A stretch of DNA of 64,000 nt, taken from NCBI GenBank assembly GCA_021786105.1, contig JAJYNW010000005.1:32001-96000 (forward strand), written 5' to 3'. The position numbers were made by a program, and so were the translations under genes. Origin of the DNA: a bacterium (GTDB taxonomy: Bacteria > Patescibacteriota > Microgenomatia > Daviesbacterales > UBA10151). Positions 58,468 to 64,000 of this stretch are shown piece after piece (the first letter of the stretch is position 1; each line of letters begins with the position of its first letter). A model generated the notes under the pieces. The model had not been told where the DNA came from. It saw only the letters and a list, made by a program, of their open reading frames with translations, and ran no database searches.

Positions 58468-59513
58468 TTAAGGTTGCTTTAGATACTTCTCCGCTTGTTT
58501 CTGGTCATAAAAGCCGGGGAATCGGCTTTTACACCAAAAATTTACTGGCTGCTATGGAGAAAAACTCAACTATCCAGGTTCGGGAATTTGAAAAAATTGA
58601 TCAGCTTGAAGATGCCGATATTATCCACTATCCCTATTTTGATCTTTTTCAACAAACACTCCCCTTTAGGAAAAAACTCCCTACAGTTGTTACCATCCAT
58701 GATGTTATTCCCTTGGAGTTTCCCCAACATTATCCTTCCGGTGTTCGGGGATCAATGAATAATTTTCTTCAAAAAATATCTTTAAAAAATGTTGCGGCAG
58801 TACTTACCGATTCCAAATTTTCACAGCAAGAAATCATTAAGTACTTGGGTGTGCCAAAGGAAAAAGTCTTTCCGGTTTATCTGGCACCAGCGGCCCATTT
58901 TCATCAGATCAAAGATCAAAATGTTCTGAAAAATACCCAACAAGAGTTCCAGTTACCGGAGAAGTTTGCTTTATTTAGCGGCGGTGCTAACTATAATAAA
59001 AATTTGCTTAATCTTACAGAGGCAACTTTAAAAGCAGGCTTGGATTTAGTAGTGGTGGGCAAGAGTTTTGAAACCCGGGAAAACCTTAACCATCCGGAAC
59101 TTTCGACTTTTGCTGAATTTTTAAAAAAATACGTCGACAATCCATTGGTCCATATGTTGGGTTTTGTGGAAGATGCGGATTTGGTAGCAATAATGAATCT
59201 GGCAACAGTTCTGCTTTTACCTTCCTTTGCTGAAGGATTCGGGCTGACTATCTTGGAAGCTCAAATTTGCGGCACGCCGGTGATTACCAGTAATATCTCT
59301 TCAATGCCGGAGGTGGCGGGAGAAGGAGCTATTCTAGTTGATCCATATTCAGTGGCGAATATATCCAAAGCCATTGAAGAGATAGTAACAGATAAGACAG
59401 TGGCAGAAGATTTGAGGAAAAAGGGGTTTGAAAATGTCAGTAAGTTTTCCTGGGAGAAGACTACTGAGGAGACCATTCAGGTTTATGAAAAAGTTATTTC
59501 CTCAAGAATTTAA
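58464..59513 (+). CDS. GT4 glycosyltransferase (MtfB/mannosyltransferase-like)
   Basis: RGIGFY, TIHDVIP, KN, PSFAEGFGLTILEA, SSMPEV. Confidence 0.88.
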   Translation: MIKVALDTSPLVSGHKSRGIGFYTKNLLAAMEKNSTIQVREFEKIDQLEDADIIHYPYFDLFQQTLPFRKKLPTVVTIHDVIPLEFPQHYPSGVRGSMNNFLQKISLKNVAAVLTDSKFSQQEIIKYLGVPKEKVFPVYLAPAAHFHQIKDQNVLKNTQQEFQLPEKFALFSGGANYNKNLLNLTEATLKAGLDLVVVGKSFETRENLNHPELSTFAEFLKKYVDNPLVHMLGFVEDADLVAIMNLATVLLLPSFAEGFGLTILEAQICGTPVITSNISSMPEVAGEGAILVDPYSVANISKAIEEIVTDKTVAEDLRKKGFENVSKFSWEKTTEETIQVYEKVISSRI

Positions 59514-60639
59514 GAGAATCCTTTCTTTGTTTATTATTTGGCGGGTATCTTTATTTGTAGTTGCCTTTTTGGCTACTACACTGATCCCCAATTTTGGCGC
59601 CCGCTTCCCGTATTATAATAATTTACTGATTCCCACCGGGCTACCTTCCTGGATCTGGGGTTTTGGGAATTTTGATGGTGTGCACTTTTTAAGGATTGCC
59701 ATGCTTGGTTACGAAGGATCAAATCTTTCTCAGGCTTTTTTCCCGCTGTACCCTCTGCTAATAAAAATATTTGCCTTCGGTAACCAATGGTTTTTGTCAG
59801 GTTTCATAGTTGCAAATATTTTTTCCCTATTTAGCTTATTTGTATTTTATAAACTGGTGAAACTGGACTTTAACGAGAAAGTTGCTTGGAGATCAGTGCT
59901 ATTGCTTATCGTATTTCCAACCTCATTTTATTTAGGGTCAATTTATTCAGAATCCTTATTTATTTTCTTGACTATTTCGAGCATTTACCTTTTGAGAAGG
60001 AAAAATTATTTAGGAGCAGGTCTTTTGGGAGGAATGGCTGCCGCTACCCGGCTTGTGGGGTTAATATTGGTACCTCTTTTTCTGGCAGAGATCTATCAAA
60101 GAAGAGGTGAGTTAAAAGATATAAGCAAAAAAGAAATTGCTAAGTATGTGGCAAGTATAGGGCTTGTTGGCGCAGGCTTTTTGTCTTATGTATATTTTTT
60201 ACAGATTCGTTTTGCCAATCCGTTGTATTTTCTTTCTGCCCCTTCTCAATTTGGGACAGGAAGAGAGAATATGCCTTTGGTTCTACTCCCCCAAGTCTTA
60301 TTTAGATACTTTAAAATGTTAGTTTCTACGCCGGTTATCTCCTTACCTTTTTTAAACGCCGCCCTAGAGGTCTTATTTACAGTCATTCCTCTGGCACTTC
60401 TGGTGCTTTTCTTTAAAAGGATGAGGTTGAGCTACTGGTTTTTTACCTTAACTTGTTTGGTAATTCCCACTCTGACCGGAACCTTTACTTCAATGCCCCG
60501 ATATGCACTTGTAAGTTTCCTGCTACTTCCTTTAGTCGCCCAAAAAACAGAGCGGTATTTTTATCTTTTAATCCTGTCACTTGTACTCTTGGGGGCAATT
60601 TTGTTAGGGTTATTTATTAGGGGGTATTGGGTGGCATAA
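59485..60639 (+). CDS. GT-C glycosyltransferase, PIG-V-like
   Basis: NFDGVHFLRIA..GY, AFFPLYP, YSESLF, TR.VG, SMPRY; start at ATG 59485. Confidence 0.82.
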   Translation: MKKLFPQEFKRILSLFIIWRVSLFVVAFLATTLIPNFGARFPYYNNLLIPTGLPSWIWGFGNFDGVHFLRIAMLGYEGSNLSQAFFPLYPLLIKIFAFGNQWFLSGFIVANIFSLFSLFVFYKLVKLDFNEKVAWRSVLLLIVFPTSFYLGSIYSESLFIFLTISSIYLLRRKNYLGAGLLGGMAAATRLVGLILVPLFLAEIYQRRGELKDISKKEIAKYVASIGLVGAGFLSYVYFLQIRFANPLYFLSAPSQFGTGRENMPLVLLPQVLFRYFKMLVSTPVISLPFLNAALEVLFTVIPLALLVLFFKRMRLSYWFFTLTCLVIPTLTGTFTSMPRYALVSFLLLPLVAQKTERYFYLLILSLVLLGAILLGLFIRGYWVA

Positions 60640-60641
60640 AA

Positions 60642-61883
60642 ATGATTCATAAAGTAAAACGCATTGTAAAGAATCCGTTATTTTCCGGCAGCCTGGTTAT
60701 GATTGTTGGCTCCAACGTTGGCAATGTCATTAATTATGTTTACCACTTGATTATGGGAAGAATGTTGGGTCCGTCCGCCTATGGTGAACTGGCAGTGCTG
60801 CTTTCCCTATTTGGAATTTTAGGGGTAGCTGCCACTGCGTTAAACCTGGTAGTAGTTAAATATATTTCGGCTGCAGAAGATGAAAAAGAAATTGCCGGAT
60901 TGGTAAAGTGGTTTGAAAGCAATACCTTCAGATTATCCCTAATTATTTTTGTTTTGATCGCCTTTATCTCTCCACTCGCTGCAAAGTTTCTAAATGTCAG
61001 CAGTTTTATCACAATTATCCTCATTGCTTTAGCTGTTGTCATTTCTTTTATAACTACAGTTGTGCGGTCTGCATTGCAGGGGTTATTAATGTTTACTCAA
61101 AATGTAGCCTCGTTCCTGATTGAACATATTTTAAAACTAACAATTGGAGTGATACTTGTCGTATTGGGTTTTTCGGTAGGAGGAGCAGTTTTTGCTTTAG
61201 TGATAGCAACACTTTTGAGCTTAATCGTTAGTCGGAAATTTCTTTCTCTTAAACCCTTAAATAGCACAGTTCCATTACCTGTAAAATCAGTCTTGTATTA
61301 TTCGATGCCTGTTTTATTTCAGTCAATTGCCATTACCTCGCTATATTCAACCGATCTTATTTTAGTAAAACATTTTTTTAATTCGCAGGATGCAGGCATT
61401 TATGCAGCCGTTTCTACTCTGGGAAAAATAATTTTCTTTACTGCCGGCCCAATTAGTTCAGTAATGTTTCCTATTGTTTCTAGAAGACATGCAAGAGGTG
61501 AAGATTACCAGAAACCTCTTTATTATAGTCTAGTGGCAACCGCTTTATCAGCTATTGTAGTTTTACTACTTTTTCAGTTTATACCCCAGCAGACATTGAC
61601 TGTTCTCTATGGAACATCTTATCTTTCTGGTGCGGGTTTGCTTATATACTTTGGAATCTTTGCAACACTCTTTACATTGTCATCACTACTTATAAATTTC
61701 CACCTTTCGCTCAAAAGATCGTGGGTAGTGGTTTTCCCGATTTTAGCAGCAATAGCGCAGATTATTGGTATCTGGAGTTTCCACTTTAGTCTTTTATCTG
61801 TTATTATGGTTTCCATAGTAGTAAGCAGTGGGCTTTTTGTAAGCCTGTTTGCTTATACAGTTTTCAAATACTATCTGCGCTAA
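60642..61883 (+). CDS. MOP/Wzx-like flippase
   Basis: About 12 TM; RMLGPSAYG, TDLILVK, AGIYAA, VMFP. Confidence 0.83.
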   Translation: MIHKVKRIVKNPLFSGSLVMIVGSNVGNVINYVYHLIMGRMLGPSAYGELAVLLSLFGILGVAATALNLVVVKYISAAEDEKEIAGLVKWFESNTFRLSLIIFVLIAFISPLAAKFLNVSSFITIILIALAVVISFITTVVRSALQGLLMFTQNVASFLIEHILKLTIGVILVVLGFSVGGAVFALVIATLLSLIVSRKFLSLKPLNSTVPLPVKSVLYYSMPVLFQSIAITSLYSTDLILVKHFFNSQDAGIYAAVSTLGKIIFFTAGPISSVMFPIVSRRHARGEDYQKPLYYSLVATALSAIVVLLLFQFIPQQTLTVLYGTSYLSGAGLLIYFGIFATLFTLSSLLINFHLSLKRSWVVVFPILAAIAQIIGIWSFHFSLLSVIMVSIVVSSGLFVSLFAYTVFKYYLR

Positions 61884-61884
61884 T

Positions 61885-62679
61885 ATGGCTAAGAAGCAAT
61901 TAATATCGATCATTGTTCCCGCATACCGACAAGGTAGCACTATAAAGAAAGATTTGGAAAACATAGACCATGTACTTTCGGAAAGCTTACAGGATTTTGA
62001 TTATGAGATCATTTGTGTTGTAGATGGGATGATCGACAAAACTTACGAAGAAGCGCAAAAAGTAAAATTGCCCAGAGTTAAAGTGGTAGGTTATGAGCAG
62101 AATAAGGGAAAAGGGTATGCAGTCCGTTTTGGGATGGCCAGATCAAAAGGAGACCTTATTTCTTTTTTGGATGCAGGAATGGAGATCAGCCCGGCTTCGG
62201 TCATGATGTTGATGGCCCATATGAAATGGTATAACGCTGATATTATCGTTGGTTCCAAGCGCCACCCCGTTTCCCGGGTAAATTATCCACTGTTACGCCA
62301 TATTTTTAGTATCGGATATCACCTTGGGGTAAAGATCCTTTTTGGGTTACCTCTAAGTGATACTCAAAGCGGAATCAAAATATTTAAAAGAAAGGTAATG
62401 GAAGTAGTATTGCCTCGGCTATTAGTTAAAAAATATGCTATGGATATTGAAATGCTGGCAGTGGCGCGGTGCTTAGGGTTTAAACGCATTTACGAGGCTC
62501 CGATTGAGGTGACCTTTGATAAAAAAACGAGTGCAATCTCCTGGAAAGTTATTTTAAGGATGGTCATGGATACATTAGCAATTTTTTACCGGCTAAAGGT
62601 TCTTGGGTATTACAATGATGGGAATGAAAGAAAATGGCGTTTTGACCCCGATTTGCATTTCAGAGTAAATGTAGGCTAA
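61885..62679 (+). CDS. GT2 ALG5/DPM-like polyprenyl-phosphate glycosyltransferase
   Basis: PAY, VDG, NKGKGYAV, LDAG, GSKRH, DTQSGIK, DIEML. Confidence 0.86.
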   Translation: MAKKQLISIIVPAYRQGSTIKKDLENIDHVLSESLQDFDYEIICVVDGMIDKTYEEAQKVKLPRVKVVGYEQNKGKGYAVRFGMARSKGDLISFLDAGMEISPASVMMLMAHMKWYNADIIVGSKRHPVSRVNYPLLRHIFSIGYHLGVKILFGLPLSDTQSGIKIFKRKVMEVVLPRLLVKKYAMDIEMLAVARCLGFKRIYEAPIEVTFDKKTSAISWKVILRMVMDTLAIFYRLKVLGYYNDGNERKWRFDPDLHFRVNVG

Positions 62680-62692
62680 AATACCCTCTAGT

Positions 62693-63718
62693 ATGTTGGC
62701 TGAAGCAAAATTAGAAGCCATTCATTTTGGAGTTCGATTGGCTGCCGAACAGGTTTTAGGTCATTTAAAACCCGTTAAACTTGATTACAGAGAAGATGCT
62801 AATTTAGAAAACGCCTGGGAGGCGAGCCGTAATCAAGGAAATCACACTGAATCAGCGAGTAGATATTATTCTGTTTACACTACCTCAACAGATACTTTGA
62901 TCCGGTCTCAAGCTCTAATCGGCCTTACTCGTGGGTTAATAGATTTGGGTTCATTTGGACAAGCACGACAATTTTTATCTCAGGCTTCAGCGCTATGCAA
63001 TGATTTTTCAGTTGAGACGAGACGCCGGTTATTTATAGCTCATATTGAAGGCCAAAAAGGATGGATAGCAGATTATGAACTTGGTTATCATGCTGAGATT
63101 AAACATTTCGGTAACGCTTTGAATGGTTTAAATGTGGTGCAAAGGTTGGAATGGGGTATACCTGAAGAGGAGCTAAATTCAACTGCTTATCATTGTATTG
63201 GCCGTGCAAGAGTGGGATTGGCTGATGCAGGAGTGGATAGGGAAGAGAATATTAGGCTTGCTATGGAAGATATCACAATGGCAAGAAGATTGGATGAAAA
63301 GTTGCCGATGCCCACTATCAATGAAAAAGTTGGACATGGTTTTGCGTGGGAAGCGAGATGTTGTTTGAGGTTGGGAGAGTTTGCCAGAGCTGATGAACTG
63401 ACCGAGAAAGCAGAACTTAATTTTAGAAAGCACCATTCTCTTTTTCCAGATTCTCCAATAATGGCACACTACTACTTGCTTTTAGGAGAACGTGATTTTA
63501 AACATGGGTTTACTTTAGAGGCGAGAAGAGATTTTGAAGAGGCTGCGAGAATTAGAACAGGCAAAAGTGCGATTTACCCAAAAGGTGTATCCGATGCTTA
63601 TAAGGGTATAGCAGCTACGTACTGGAAGGAAGGAGATATAAAGAACGCGGCAAGATTCCTTATTAAGGCAGCAAAAATTAATCCCCAATCGGTAGCTAGA
63701 GGAATGTTGGGTGGTTAG
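62693..63718 (+). CDS. TPR-like all-helical hypothetical protein
   Basis: Repeated TPR-like helices (AHYYLLLGE...EARRDFEEA, AYKGIAATYWKEGDIKNAARFLIKA); no signal peptide. Confidence 0.65.
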   Translation: MLAEAKLEAIHFGVRLAAEQVLGHLKPVKLDYREDANLENAWEASRNQGNHTESASRYYSVYTTSTDTLIRSQALIGLTRGLIDLGSFGQARQFLSQASALCNDFSVETRRRLFIAHIEGQKGWIADYELGYHAEIKHFGNALNGLNVVQRLEWGIPEEELNSTAYHCIGRARVGLADAGVDREENIRLAMEDITMARRLDEKLPMPTINEKVGHGFAWEARCCLRLGEFARADELTEKAELNFRKHHSLFPDSPIMAHYYLLLGERDFKHGFTLEARRDFEEAARIRTGKSAIYPKGVSDAYKGIAATYWKEGDIKNAARFLIKAAKINPQSVARGMLGG

Positions 63719-63734
63719 ATAGTATAATAACTTT

Positions 63735-64000
63735 GTGATTAAATCTATTTTTGTTAGTTCCAAGCACCTTCAGGGAATCGAAAATAGCGGAGCCAACCAT
63801 TTAGTGGTTAACGGTAGTGATTTAGATAATGAGGGTTGGGAAAAACTTCAAGGATTAGATACAAGGCTTATTATTTCCGTAAATGCCATAGAAAAAGGCG
63901 AAGAAGCTTGTATTTTGGATCCTCAAATTCAAAAAAGATTACTCGATCGTTTAGATAAAGCCTTGCAATTTCAACCGGAAGGAATTTTGATAGACCGTTT
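63735..64000 (+). CDS. Hypothetical protein (partial), possibly TIM-barrel/glycoside-hydrolase-like
   Basis: Not in ORF track. GTG start 6 nt after TATAAT (63723-63728), open to the window end: MIKSIFVSSK...CILDPQIQKRLLDRLDKALQFQPEGILIDR. Confidence 0.55.
   Translation, partial: MIKSIFVSSKHLQGIENSGANHLVVNGSDLDNEGWEKLQGLDTRLIISVNAIEKGEEACILDPQIQKRLLDRLDKALQFQPEGILIDR

Overview
This is a bacterial window with no rRNA, tRNA, CRISPR array or transposase that I can see. TGA is used as a stop codon. Gene content and style suggest a CPR/Patescibacteria (Microgenomates-like) genome; this is inferred, not established. Bases 1-15.6 kb are mostly housekeeping and envelope genes: partial ugd, galE, DUF378, NUDIX, secA, a large disordered membrane protein, tsaE, a Pro/Thr-stalked surface protein, an ftsE-ftsX unit with two paralogous coiled-coil cell-wall hydrolases, prfB, an XRE regulator, a half-length tsaB and a CAP protein. 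Bases 15.6-62.7 kb form a ~47 kb surface-glycosylation locus: rmlABCD, gmd, 9 GT2, 2 GT4, 2 Wzx/MOP-type flippases, a GtrA fusion and about 17 multi-pass GT-C-type (lipid-donor) glycosyltransferases. The most notable observations are: (1) a circularly permuted M23 peptidase behind FtsEX; (2) a paralogue of it with a near-identical coiled-coil but a C39-like head; (3) the size and modularity of the GT-C array, including a hydrolase/deacetylase-like barrel fused to a GT-C; (4) a candidate switchable RNA structure before the Wzx flippase, with a sibling hairpin 5 kb downstream; (5) -10 boxes 6-10 nt before most free-standing start codons, suggesting leaderless mRNAs. All family calls come from motif recognition by eye; no searches were run.
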